A DNA stretch of 32,000 nucleotides from Nonlabens ponticola (GTDB taxonomy: Bacteria > Bacteroidota > Bacteroidia > Flavobacteriales > Flavobacteriaceae): assembly GCF_003966335.1 (NCBI RefSeq), contig NZ_CP034549.1, positions 330,001 through 362,000 on the forward strand. Direction: 5' to 3'. Positions 17,246-25,575 of this stretch are shown here, one piece after another (position 1 is the first letter of the stretch; every line of letters begins with the position of its first letter). The position numbers were made by a program, and so were the translations under genes. Below the pieces are notes generated by a model, which saw nothing but the letters and a program-made list of their open reading frames with translations, had not been told where the DNA came from and searched no databases.

Positions 17246-18586
17246 ATGAAAACACTAGATAAAATACCTACCAGTAAATTGGGCCGCACCACCGAAATGG
17301 TGAAAACGGGTGCCAAAATAGGTGCGAATTACATAAAGTATTATTCAAAAAAGGCGATCAATCCATCCATGGATAGATCATCACTGGATGAAGATAATGC
17401 TAGTGATATTTATGACGGTCTCAAGAATTTAAAAGGTAGCGCGCTCAAGGTGGCGCAAATGCTTTCCATGGACAAGAGTTTGCTGCCTGGTGCCTATGTA
17501 GAAAAATTTAGCCTGGCACAATTTAGCGTGCCACCACTGTCTGCACCATTAGTGCGCAAGACGTTTAAGAAATACCAAGGTGCTTTTCCTGAAGAGATTT
17601 ATGATAAATTCTCGAAGGATTCCATAAATGCGGCAAGTATAGGTCAAGTGCATAAAGCCGAGAAAGATGGCAAAGAACTGGCGGTTAAAATCCAGTATCC
17701 AGGCGTGGCAGACTCTATAAGCAGCGATCTGGCTATGGTAAAGCCTATCGCCATAAAGATGTTCAACCTTAAAGGCGAGGATTCAAAACGCTATTTTGCC
17801 GAGGTTGAAGACAAACTGCTGGAAGAAACCGATTATAATCTAGAGGTAGAGCAAAGCATTTCAATAACCGAGGCTTGCTCGCATATTCCCAATTTAAAAT
17901 TTCCTACTTATTATCCTGATCTTTCCAGCAAGCGCATTATCACCATGGACTGGATGAAAGGCCAGCATTTGAGTGAGTATGCTCAAACGGGATTCTCAGA
18001 GGTGACAGGAAATAAATTAGGACAAACGCTTTGGGATTTTTATATGTTCCAGATGCATGGCCTCAAAGCCGTACATGCAGATCCACATCCTGGTAACTTC
18101 TTGATCTCACCAGATGAAGAATTGATTGCCATCGATTTTGGGTGTATCAAACAAATTCCTGACGAATTTTACACACCATATTTTGAACTTGCGGTACCAG
18201 CAAGTATTAATAATCCTGAGATTTTTAGAGAGAAACTTTTTCAGCTAGAAATATTGAGAGAAGACGATAGCGATGCAGAAATCGACTACTTCTCACGATT
18301 GTTTCACGAGATGTTGACTTTATTTACTAAGCCTTTCCAAGAACAAGAGTTCAATTTTGCAGACGCCACATTTTGGGATCAGATCAGCTCACTGAGTGAA
18401 AAATACAGCAACGATAAAGAATTGCGCAAAATGAACGGTAATCGCGGCAGTAAGCACTTCTTGTATATCAATCGCACATTCTTTGGTCTTTACAACTTGC
18501 TACACGATTTAAAAGCAACCGTGCGCACGAGAGACTATGTGAAATATCTGGATGAGAAAGGATTTAAGAATCATCCAGCTTTGTAG
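17246..18586 (+). CDS. ABC1/UbiB-family atypical protein kinase (AarF domain)
   Basis: 446 aa with motifs AASIGQVHKA, AVKIQYPGV and HADPHPGNFL..IDFG. Confidence 0.85.
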   Translation: MKTLDKIPTSKLGRTTEMVKTGAKIGANYIKYYSKKAINPSMDRSSLDEDNASDIYDGLKNLKGSALKVAQMLSMDKSLLPGAYVEKFSLAQFSVPPLSAPLVRKTFKKYQGAFPEEIYDKFSKDSINAASIGQVHKAEKDGKELAVKIQYPGVADSISSDLAMVKPIAIKMFNLKGEDSKRYFAEVEDKLLEETDYNLEVEQSISITEACSHIPNLKFPTYYPDLSSKRIITMDWMKGQHLSEYAQTGFSEVTGNKLGQTLWDFYMFQMHGLKAVHADPHPGNFLISPDEELIAIDFGCIKQIPDEFYTPYFELAVPASINNPEIFREKLFQLEILREDDSDAEIDYFSRLFHEMLTLFTKPFQEQEFNFADATFWDQISSLSEKYSNDKELRKMNGNRGSKHFLYINRTFFGLYNLLHDLKATVRTRDYVKYLDEKGFKNHPAL

Positions 18587-18604
18587 ACTTACCTTTACAA
18601 CATT

Positions 18605-18634
18605 AAAAAACACCGCTAACTGCGGTGTTTTTTT
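18605..18634. terminator. Bidirectional rho-independent terminator between the ABC1 kinase (+) and the TA pair (-)
   Basis: A6 run, stem aacaccgc(18609-18616)/gcggtgtt(18622-18629), then a T-run to 18634. Confidence 0.8.
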
Positions 18635-18653
18635 ATAAATTCTTTTTGGGATT

Positions 18654-18938
18654 TTACCTAGAGTCGAAGACTCGCATGATAAATAGCGTGCTTCTTGAAA
18701 CACGGTAATTTATTTTGAGATATCTGAAAAACACCTTGCGATATTCAAATTGATGATTTTCAAACTGTGGATCTATAACACCTATTTTATGTATATCCTC
18801 ATTCATTGAAAGTGAACTAATAAAATCAAAAATGTCCACGATGATCCGTTTCGCTGTGACCTCGCCATATAGCTCTATGTAGAACTCAGATGTTTTTTCT
18901 AAATCTTTAAGTCCTCTTGACGAAAAACGATAATTCAT
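18654..18938 (-). CDS. Type II toxin, ParE/RelE superfamily
   Basis: 94 aa. N-terminal ..FSSRGLKDLEKTSEFY and a C-terminal ..IMRVFDSR signature typical of ParE-like toxins. The start overlaps the upstream small gene's stop (TAATG). Confidence 0.65.
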   Translation of the reverse strand: MNYRFSSRGLKDLEKTSEFYIELYGEVTAKRIIVDIFDFISSLSMNEDIHKIGVIDPQFENHQFEYRKVFFRYLKINYRVSRSTLFIMRVFDSR

Positions 18939-19159
18939 TACTTATCGAACCAGCTTAGCGCAATTTTTCTTGCTTCATCCAGCGTATAAACTCTACCTGC
19001 CTTGATATCCTCTTCAGCCTCTAGGATTCCAGCATCCATTTCTTCTTGGGTCTCACCAGCATAATAGTGCGAGGCAGCTTCTTGAACCAGGTTCAAAAAA
19101 CCATCATCAGCCTCGTCAATGAGCTTGTGTAGTTTGTCTTTAAGATCTTGATCTGACAT
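18938..19159 (-). CDS. Putative cognate antitoxin (small acidic addiction-module component)
   Basis: 73 aa, acidic, ending ..EAEEDIKAGRVYTLDEARKIA... Positioned immediately upstream of the toxin and translationally coupled to it. Confidence 0.55.
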   Translation of the reverse strand: MSDQDLKDKLHKLIDEADDGFLNLVQEAASHYYAGETQEEMDAGILEAEEDIKAGRVYTLDEARKIALSWFDK

Positions 19160-19179
19160 GATTTAAAGTTAGTGATTTT

Positions 19180-20463
19180 CTAGTTTTTATAAACCACACC
19201 ATCCTTCATGACAAAGTTGACGCTTTCTAGTGCTTTGACATTTTTGACTGGATTCTCATCAACGGAGATGATGTCTGCATAGAAACCTTTTTTCACCTGA
19301 CCCATTTTGTCTTCCAGGTCGAGGATTTTGGCTGGTGTGATCGTGGCACTCTGAATCGCCTCGATTGCTGGCATTCCAGCTTCTACCATGTAATAGAATT
19401 CCATGGCATTCTTACCGTGCGCGTATACCCCTGCATCGGTTCCAAAAACAATTGGCACACCTCTTTTATAGGCTCTAGCAAAAGTTCCTTGAATTTGTGG
19501 GCCAACGGCTCTTGCTTTGGGCACAACGATTTCTGGATAGAATCCGTCCACCTCAGCTTTGAGTGCTACTTCTTTTCCAGCTGTGATGGTAGGAACTAGA
19601 TAACAATTCATTTTTTTCATGAGATCCATGGTTTCATCACTCATATAAGTTCCATGCTCAATGGTCTTGACGCCACCTTCAACAGCGCGTCGCATACCTT
19701 CATCGCCATGCGCGTGAGCTGCCACGTGCATGCCGTAATCTGATGCTGTGCTGGTAATCGCTTTGATTTCTTCTAGAGTAAACTGCGGATTGCTACCGTT
19801 TTTTGCGACACTCAACACGCCACCAGTTGCTGTGATTTTTATACAGTCTGCGCCATTTTTATAGCGGTGACGCACAGCCTCGCGAGCCTCGTCGGTTCCG
19901 TTTGCTACACCTTCACGAGGTCCAGGATCGCCCATGAATGCTTGATTACCGCCGTTTGTTGGGTCTGCATGACCACCAGTACTGGCGATAGATTTGCCTG
20001 ATGTAAATATGCGCGGTCCAGGAACCTTACCTTTATTGATGGCATCACGTAATGATATATTGATACCCGATCCACCAAGATCACGCACCGTTGTAAATCC
20101 AGTCATCAAAGTGGTTTCTGCATAACCTACGGCATTGAATGCCACATCTGCTGGATCGTCTACAAATTTTGAAATGTACGCCTGCGGATTGTATTCTGTT
20201 TCCATGTGCACGTGCATGTCAGTAAGGCCTGGCAATACCCATTGATCCTTGAGGTCAAAGTATTTGACATCTTGAGGTATGTTTTTATAACCTTTAGAAA
20301 CCTCACTTACTTCATTGCCATTAATCCTGATGGTCACCTCATCCATCCATTTACCAGACTCAGTATCTAGTAAATGACCAGCATGGATAAAGGTGGTCGT
20401 TTGCTGTGCGCCTAGCAGCATGCAACAGAATACTGCGAGTGTGAGTAAAAAGCTATTCTTCAT
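19180..20463 (-). CDS. Secreted metal-dependent amidohydrolase-family protein (Xaa-Pro dipeptidase/imidazolonepropionase-like)
   Basis: 427 aa. Signal peptide. Metal-binding motifs DMHVHME, HAHG and FGTDAGV. Confidence 0.8.
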   Translation of the reverse strand: MKNSFLLTLAVFCCMLLGAQQTTTFIHAGHLLDTESGKWMDEVTIRINGNEVSEVSKGYKNIPQDVKYFDLKDQWVLPGLTDMHVHMETEYNPQAYISKFVDDPADVAFNAVGYAETTLMTGFTTVRDLGGSGINISLRDAINKGKVPGPRIFTSGKSIASTGGHADPTNGGNQAFMGDPGPREGVANGTDEAREAVRHRYKNGADCIKITATGGVLSVAKNGSNPQFTLEEIKAITSTASDYGMHVAAHAHGDEGMRRAVEGGVKTIEHGTYMSDETMDLMKKMNCYLVPTITAGKEVALKAEVDGFYPEIVVPKARAVGPQIQGTFARAYKRGVPIVFGTDAGVYAHGKNAMEFYYMVEAGMPAIEAIQSATITPAKILDLEDKMGQVKKGFYADIISVDENPVKNVKALESVNFVMKDGVVYKN

Positions 20464-20497
20464 AGTCGGTTGGATTAAAATATTGTAGGTGTTAATT

Positions 20498-21631
20498 CTA
20501 TCTGTTCACAAACTCAATTACCGCGTCAATAATGAATTTGATTTGCTCATCATCAAGCTCTGTATGCATAGGTAATGAAATGCATTCTTGCACCAGTTTG
20601 TTGGTGACCTTGAAGTCATCTTCGTTATAGCGATCATCCTGATAAGCCTTTTGTCTATGTAGTGGTATTGGATAATAGACACCACATGGAATACCCTTTT
20701 CGTTTAAGTGTTTCACCAGCGCATCGCGATCAGTGTCTTTTACCGTAAGCGTATATTGATGGAAAACGTGACAATCGCATCGATCACAAATAAGCGGTGT
20801 GATGATCTTTTGATCCATCGCAAAAGCTGCGGTGTATTTGCGGGCAGCGTCACGACGTGCGTCGTTATACTCGTTCAAGTGGCGCAGTTTAGTTCTCAAT
20901 ATGGTCGCTTGCATGCTGTCCAATCTGGAATTTACGCCTACCACATCATGATGATATCGTTCATACATACCATGATTCACGACACCTCTTATGGTGTGCG
21001 CTAGATCATCATCGTTGGTAAAAATGGCACCACCATCGCCGTAACATCCTAAATTCTTTGATGGAAAAAACGAGGTCGTTCCCACGTGACCTATGGTGCC
21101 TGTTTTGGACTTGGTGCCGTTGCTATGCATGTAATTAGAGCCTATTCCTTGAGCATTGTCCTCAATGACAAATAGATCATGCTCGCGAGCAAGTTCCATG
21201 ATCGCATCCATGTTTGCTGCAAGACCAAAAAGGTGTACTGGAACGATGGCTTTCGTTTTTGGCGTGATGGCATTCTTCACAGCCTCAACATCAATATTAA
21301 AGTCAAACGGATTCACATCTACCAGCACAGGCGTCAATCCTAGCAATGCGATGACCTCAACAGTCGCTGCAAAAGTGAAATCTGCCGTGATGACCTCATC
21401 ACCTGATTTAAGACCTAGACCCATCATCGCGATTTGTAGCGCATCAGTACCGTTTGCGCATGGAATCACGTGTTTGACATTCAGATAATCTTCCAATTCC
21501 TTCTGAAAAGCATGAACTTCTGGACCGTTGATAAAAGCCGTGGACTCGATGACATCAAGAACATTCTTGTCAACTTCATCTTTTATTTTTTCATACTGAC
21601 CCTTAAGGTCAACCATCTGTATTTTGCGCAT
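20498..21631 (-). CDS. DegT/DnrJ/EryC1/StrS-family PLP-dependent sugar aminotransferase
   Basis: N-terminus MRKIQMVDLKGQYEKIK is typical of the family. Also FINGPEV..FE, ANGTDAL and SFFPSKNLG (PLP lysine). I trimmed the ORF-track start from 21712 to the ATG at 21631. Confidence 0.85.
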   Translation of the reverse strand: MRKIQMVDLKGQYEKIKDEVDKNVLDVIESTAFINGPEVHAFQKELEDYLNVKHVIPCANGTDALQIAMMGLGLKSGDEVITADFTFAATVEVIALLGLTPVLVDVNPFDFNIDVEAVKNAITPKTKAIVPVHLFGLAANMDAIMELAREHDLFVIEDNAQGIGSNYMHSNGTKSKTGTIGHVGTTSFFPSKNLGCYGDGGAIFTNDDDLAHTIRGVVNHGMYERYHHDVVGVNSRLDSMQATILRTKLRHLNEYNDARRDAARKYTAAFAMDQKIITPLICDRCDCHVFHQYTLTVKDTDRDALVKHLNEKGIPCGVYYPIPLHRQKAYQDDRYNEDDFKVTNKLVQECISLPMHTELDDEQIKFIIDAVIEFVNR

Positions 21632-21718
21632 GTGTCGTCTATTGGAATCGTCAAAAATGACTGTATTACTGTAAAAATACGATATAATAAAGCCACCTGC
21701 CAACCCGTGCAAAAGTGC

Positions 21719-21726
21719 TATTTTTG
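21719..21726 (+). promoter_or_regulatory. Bacteroidota-type -7 promoter box TATTTTTG (TAnnTTTG) directly upstream of waaA
   Basis: Exact match to the TAnnTTTG consensus, 7 nt before the ATG at 21734. This would imply a leaderless or near-leaderless mRNA. Confidence 0.3.
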
Positions 21727-21733
21727 AAATTCT

Positions 21734-23008
21734 ATGCCTATATTAAAAAGTCTATATGATACGGGTTCCGCTTTCGCGAAAGCGTGCTTACCACTAGCTG
21801 GATTCTTCAACAAAAAGTTGCAGTTAGGAGCCAAAGGTCGGGAACAATCCTGGCACCTTCTTGACACCAAAGTCAAGAGCACCTTACCGAAAATCTGGGT
21901 GCACGTAGCGTCTTTAGGCGAGTATGAGCAAGTCGTTCCCGTGCTGGAAAAATTGAATCGCAAAGAATACCAAGTGATCCTGACATTTTTCTCGCCATCA
22001 GGCTATGAAAATAAAAAGGACACCGCACTGGCAGATGTAGTCACCTACTTGCCCATCGATGCTGTCTCAAATGTTTCTAAATTCATGGACCTGGTTGAGC
22101 CGTCGCTGGCGATCATGGTCAAGTATGAATTCTGGCCCAACTATTTGAACGCACTCAAGCGTCGTGAGGTCAAAACCATATTGGTGAGCGGTATTTTCAG
22201 AGAAAAAATGAGCTTTCACTGCTGGTACGGCAGCTGGATGACTAGCTCGCTAGAAGCTTTTGACCATTTTTTCCTGCAGAATGAATCTTCGTTGCGCGAA
22301 CTCAAAAAGCTAGGATTTGAAAATGCGAGCGTTTCTGGCGACACCAGATTTGACAGGGCTAGCCAATTGATCGAGAGAGATAATCGAATTGAGCTTATCG
22401 ACCAGTTTGTAGGCACAGAAAAGTGTCTGGTCATAGGCAGCAGCTGGCCGGCAGACATGCAGGTTCTCAAAGATTTCATCAAGAAAAACAAGCACGATCA
22501 AGCCTGCAAAATCATCATTGCGCCGCACGAGATCCATGCCGACTCGCTTAAAAATATCGAGAATAATATAGGTTTTAAACCAGTTTACTGGAGTGATATT
22601 AAAGAGGGCGCTGCGCAAGATCTAGAAAAAGATACTGTTCTTGTGGTCGATACCATTGGCTTACTTACTAAGATATACAGCTATGCAGACGTCGCCTATG
22701 TAGGCGGCGCCATGGGTAATACGGGTTTACATAATATCCTAGAAGCAGCAACCTATGGTGTACCTGTGATTATAGGTAAGAATTATGAAAAATATCCTGA
22801 AGCTGGAAAATTAGAAGATCTAGGAGGTTTGTTTTCAATCTCAACCGCAGACGAGTTCTCACATCAAATACATCGTTTACTGACTGATGATTATTTGCGT
22901 GAAAAGACTGGAATGATTTGTGGACACTGGATCAATAGTAATACAGGCGCGACGCGAGAGATTGTTACCCATTTAAAATCTATAGATGAAAAGCTGGTTA
23001 TTAATTAG
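21734..23008 (+). CDS. waaA: 3-deoxy-D-manno-octulosonic acid (Kdo) transferase
   Basis: 424 aa. WVHVASLGEYEQVVPVLEKL matches the WxHxxSxGE motif. The C-terminal part is a GT-B fold (VGGAMGNTGLHNILEAATYGVPV). Confidence 0.85.
   Translation: MPILKSLYDTGSAFAKACLPLAGFFNKKLQLGAKGREQSWHLLDTKVKSTLPKIWVHVASLGEYEQVVPVLEKLNRKEYQVILTFFSPSGYENKKDTALADVVTYLPIDAVSNVSKFMDLVEPSLAIMVKYEFWPNYLNALKRREVKTILVSGIFREKMSFHCWYGSWMTSSLEAFDHFFLQNESSLRELKKLGFENASVSGDTRFDRASQLIERDNRIELIDQFVGTEKCLVIGSSWPADMQVLKDFIKKNKHDQACKIIIAPHEIHADSLKNIENNIGFKPVYWSDIKEGAAQDLEKDTVLVVDTIGLLTKIYSYADVAYVGGAMGNTGLHNILEAATYGVPVIIGKNYEKYPEAGKLEDLGGLFSISTADEFSHQIHRLLTDDYLREKTGMICGHWINSNTGATREIVTHLKSIDEKLVIN
21770..21783. repeat. GCTTTCGCGAAAGC palindrome, perfect copy inside waaA codons 13-17 (read as AFAKA)
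   Basis: Exact 14-mer, offset 36 nt from the ATG, giving SAFAKACL. Confidence 0.95.
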
Positions 23009-23957
23009 TTTCCTATTAAGCTTATTTACCATGCAGGCACAGGTCTATCAACTTGTAGATGGTGATAGCAATGAGCCACTCGCATTTGCTACCATAAGTT
23101 TTAATGATGGTCGAGGCACTTTTGCAGATGATGACGGAAAGTTTCAGTTTTCGCGAAAGCGGTATCCAGGAATTGATTCTCTTACTATAAGTTCTCTAGG
23201 ATATAAAACTATATCAATTGCGACTGCAGATTTAGTACCTGTGTTAAAACTGTATCCGGATACTGATGAACTTGACGCCGTAGTGGTAAGAGCTAAACTA
23301 GACGGTAAATTCAAAGAAAAAGAAATTGATGCTATTGAGCATGATGATTACTTCAATAGCTGGTTGCCAACAGTAGAATCTGAGATTGCGGTCAAGTTTG
23401 AGCGATCAGCTAGTCAACCTACCCAGATCAAAAGTATTTTACTACCCGTAATTGTTGAAGAACAATCTGGTCGTAGAAAGGGAAAGGTGCGCAAATTCAG
23501 TACATTGTTTAGATTACAATTTTATGCCGTAAATGTTGACGGATCACCAACTGACAAAAGCAATTATCCAGATCATACCTTCATCATCAATCAGGAAACT
23601 GAAGATGTTTACAACGTTGATGTAGAAGAGTACGGCATCCAGATACCTAAAAACGGACTTTTTGCCTCCATTCAGGTTTTAGGCTACACTTATCCAGATG
23701 GAAAACTCATTGATGCTAAAAAATATCGCGAGATAAAGACAAGAACAGGATTTGAAAAAGTTTCCACTACCTATAGACCGCTGTTACCGTTTACTGATGA
23801 AGTGGATGCACCATTAACATGGGTTAGACGTATTTTCTTCAATAATAAAACCTGGCAAAAATTTGATCTATCCTACAATCCTAATAGCAAATTAGTGAGA
23901 TCTGGTCATGATAGTTACGGTATGGGCGCTGTTTTAAAAGTCTATAAACAAGACTAA
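22986..23957 (+). CDS. Hypothetical secreted protein with an N-terminal carboxypeptidase-regulatory-like domain
   Basis: 323 aa. Signal peptide ..FTMQAQ. YQLVDGDSNEPLAFATISFNDGRGTFADDDGKFQF resembles CarboxypepD_reg. Overlaps the waaA 3' end by 23 nt. Confidence 0.6.
   Translation: MKSWLLISFLLSLFTMQAQVYQLVDGDSNEPLAFATISFNDGRGTFADDDGKFQFSRKRYPGIDSLTISSLGYKTISIATADLVPVLKLYPDTDELDAVVVRAKLDGKFKEKEIDAIEHDDYFNSWLPTVESEIAVKFERSASQPTQIKSILLPVIVEEQSGRRKGKVRKFSTLFRLQFYAVNVDGSPTDKSNYPDHTFIINQETEDVYNVDVEEYGIQIPKNGLFASIQVLGYTYPDGKLIDAKKYREIKTRTGFEKVSTTYRPLLPFTDEVDAPLTWVRRIFFNNKTWQKFDLSYNPNSKLVRSGHDSYGMGAVLKVYKQD
23147..23160. repeat. Degenerate (13/14) copy GTTTTCGCGAAAGC of the palindrome, inside the 22986 ORF (read as FSRK)
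   Basis: One mismatch at position 2 (C to T), read directly. Confidence 0.9.
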
Positions 23958-24616
23958 ACGGTTACAGCTTTATTCAGGTATTCTCTAAAGGGCAGCATCT
24001 CTTTATAGATCTCAACACATTTATCTTGAAAGTTTGATTGCATGATTTCTTTCTGAGTTACATCATGTTTCACGGCAAAACTCTTGCGACGCAGCAGCTC
24101 GATGTGTTTATGATCCTGGGAATAACCTTTAGGTGATGTTTTAAGCTTGTCATCATCAGTCATGAGACCTCCAAAGGTTTCTTTAAACGACTTTTTACTG
24201 ATTATTTTCTTGAGTTCCTCGCCGTTATAATCGATGGCGTCCCTTATAGAATCAAGAACTTCCTTTTTAGGCTTATAGAATCCACCAGCAATAAAACTAC
24301 CATTAGTCCCGATTTGAATATAAAAATCACCATAATTGCTACTCTTGTCAATGTCCAGTCCAGCACCAAAGTGGTCTTTATAAACGGGCTTGTTAGGATG
24401 GTATAATAGGTTGTTATTGATTCGATTGACGGCTTTTTTTCCCTCGGTTTTATGATAGGTATCGTGCACTTTAGCCAGCTTCTCATCCAACTCATTAAGC
24501 CAGCTCACAAACCAGTCTTTTACATCATGATATTCATCCCGATGCTCGTCCATCCAGTCCTTACTATTATTATTTTGTAACTCTCTAAGGAACGTGAACA
24601 TCTTATTGAAACTCAT
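23954..24616 (-). CDS. DUF2461 (TIGR02453)-family protein
   Basis: 220 aa. The N-terminus FTFLRELQNNNSKDWMDEHRDEY is characteristic of the family as I recall it. Confidence 0.6.
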   Translation of the reverse strand: MSFNKMFTFLRELQNNNSKDWMDEHRDEYHDVKDWFVSWLNELDEKLAKVHDTYHKTEGKKAVNRINNNLLYHPNKPVYKDHFGAGLDIDKSSNYGDFYIQIGTNGSFIAGGFYKPKKEVLDSIRDAIDYNGEELKKIISKKSFKETFGGLMTDDDKLKTSPKGYSQDHKHIELLRRKSFAVKHDVTQKEIMQSNFQDKCVEIYKEMLPFREYLNKAVTV

Positions 24617-24703
24617 AGCTAATCTTTTATTTAAAGGTAAAACCCACAGTTATAGCGTCTAAAAAATTAATAATACATTAGCAATAGGATTATCAGTTTA
24701 AAA

Positions 24704-24711
24704 TACATTTG
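24704..24711 (+). promoter_or_regulatory. Candidate -7 promoter box TACATTTG (TAnnTTTG) for the first acidic lipoprotein gene
   Basis: Exact consensus match, 25 nt upstream of the ATG at 24736. Confidence 0.35.
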
Positions 24712-24735
24712 TTCCCTTAATTAAAATTTTCAACC

Positions 24736-24966
24736 ATGAAAAAAGTAACCCTAGCAATTGCCGTTTTATTCATTGCAGCTACTGCATTTACCTCATGTCG
24801 CGAGACTGAAAAAGAAACTGAGACTATCGTAAGAGAAGTTGAGGTAGAAACTCAAGATGCTGCTGAAGAATCTGAAGGTATCCTAGAAAGAGCTGGAAGC
24901 GCAGTAGACGCTGAAGTCAACAAGGAGATCGATGAAGAAATCGATGAAATAGGCGACGATAACTAG
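24736..24966 (+). CDS. Small acidic lipoprotein, paralog 1
   Basis: 76 aa. Lipobox ..AFTSC. Mature part is ~45% Asp/Glu. Shares the SCR(E/D)E..VEVE motif with the two downstream genes. Confidence 0.7.
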   Translation: MKKVTLAIAVLFIAATAFTSCRETEKETETIVREVEVETQDAAEESEGILERAGSAVDAEVNKEIDEEIDEIGDDN

Positions 24967-24986
24967 TCGAGTATTAAATTATTTCA

Positions 24987-25015
24987 AGGCCATTCCATCA
25001 GGAATGGCCTTTTTG
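24987..25015 (+). terminator. Rho-independent terminator after acidic lipoprotein 1
   Basis: Stem ggccattcc(24988-24996)/ggaatggcc(25001-25009), loop atca, then TTTTT. Confidence 0.8.
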
Positions 25016-25082
25016 TTTACTTAAGCTTTGCATTTACTGGGATATTTATATATTTACCTCTTAATCATTTAAACAACCAACA

Positions 25083-25340
25083 ATGAAAAAATTATCATTA
25101 CTATTTGTAGCATTATTTACGGTATCAATGTTCACCACTTCATGTAGAGAAGAGTCTGAAAGCGTAGAGGTAGAAATGGAAGAAGTAGCAGACGATATGG
25201 AGGATGCTGGTGAAGACATGGAGGACGCTGCCGAGGACATGGGCAACGACATGGAAGATGCCGGTGAAGACATGGAAAATGAAATGGAAGATACTGATGT
25301 TGAGGTAGAGGTAGAAGACGAAGATGGTGACAACGACTAA
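25083..25340 (+). CDS. Small acidic Met-rich lipoprotein, paralog 2 (DMEDAGE heptad repeats)
   Basis: 85 aa. Lipobox ..FTTSC. The mature part is almost entirely D/E/M/A/G. Candidate TTTG (25027-25030) and TATATTTA (25049-25056) promoter boxes lie upstream. Confidence 0.7.
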   Translation: MKKLSLLFVALFTVSMFTTSCREESESVEVEMEEVADDMEDAGEDMEDAAEDMGNDMEDAGEDMENEMEDTDVEVEVEDEDGDND

Positions 25341-25352
25341 TTAATCCTTAAG

Positions 25353-25520
25353 ATGAAAAAGATATTTTTAAGTTTGATGATCATGGCAATCACAGCTCCT
25401 GCTCTAGTGAGCTGTCGTGATGAGAAGGAAGTTGAAGTAGAAACCCTAGCGCCAGATGCTGAGGATAGTGATGACGATGAAAGTTATGACACTAATCCTA
25501 CATCAAACGATCCTGATTGA
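25353..25520 (+). CDS. Small acidic lipoprotein, paralog 3 (below the ORF-track length cutoff)
   Basis: My own translation: MKKIFLSLMIMAITAPALVSCRDEKEVEVETLAPDAEDSDDDESYDTNPTSNDPD (55 aa). Same lipobox/VEVE architecture. Starts 12 nt after paralog 2. Confidence 0.6.
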   Translation: MKKIFLSLMIMAITAPALVSCRDEKEVEVETLAPDAEDSDDDESYDTNPTSNDPD

Positions 25521-25547
25521 TCACAAACTCAAAGAATATAATTATAG

Positions 25548-25575
25548 AAGGAACCTATATCAGGTTCCTTTTTTT
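25548..25575. terminator. Rho-independent terminator after the acidic lipoprotein cluster (overlaps the 3' end of the convergent LexA-like gene)
   Basis: Stem aaggaacct(25548-25556)/aggttcctt(25562-25570), a 5-nt loop, and a T-run to 25575. Confidence 0.7.

Noticed and set aside
24686-24696. AGGATTAT upstream of acidic lipoprotein 1, resembling the start of the LexA-like operator motif
   Set aside because: Only 8 of 12 positions match and the ATTTCC half is missing. It is likely chance in AT-rich DNA.
25061-25333. 90-aa poly-Ser ORF on the minus strand
   Set aside because: It is the exact antisense shadow of the GAx-rich acidic lipoprotein 2. It has no signal, start context or terminator of its own, whereas the plus-strand gene has a lipobox, paralogs and a terminator.
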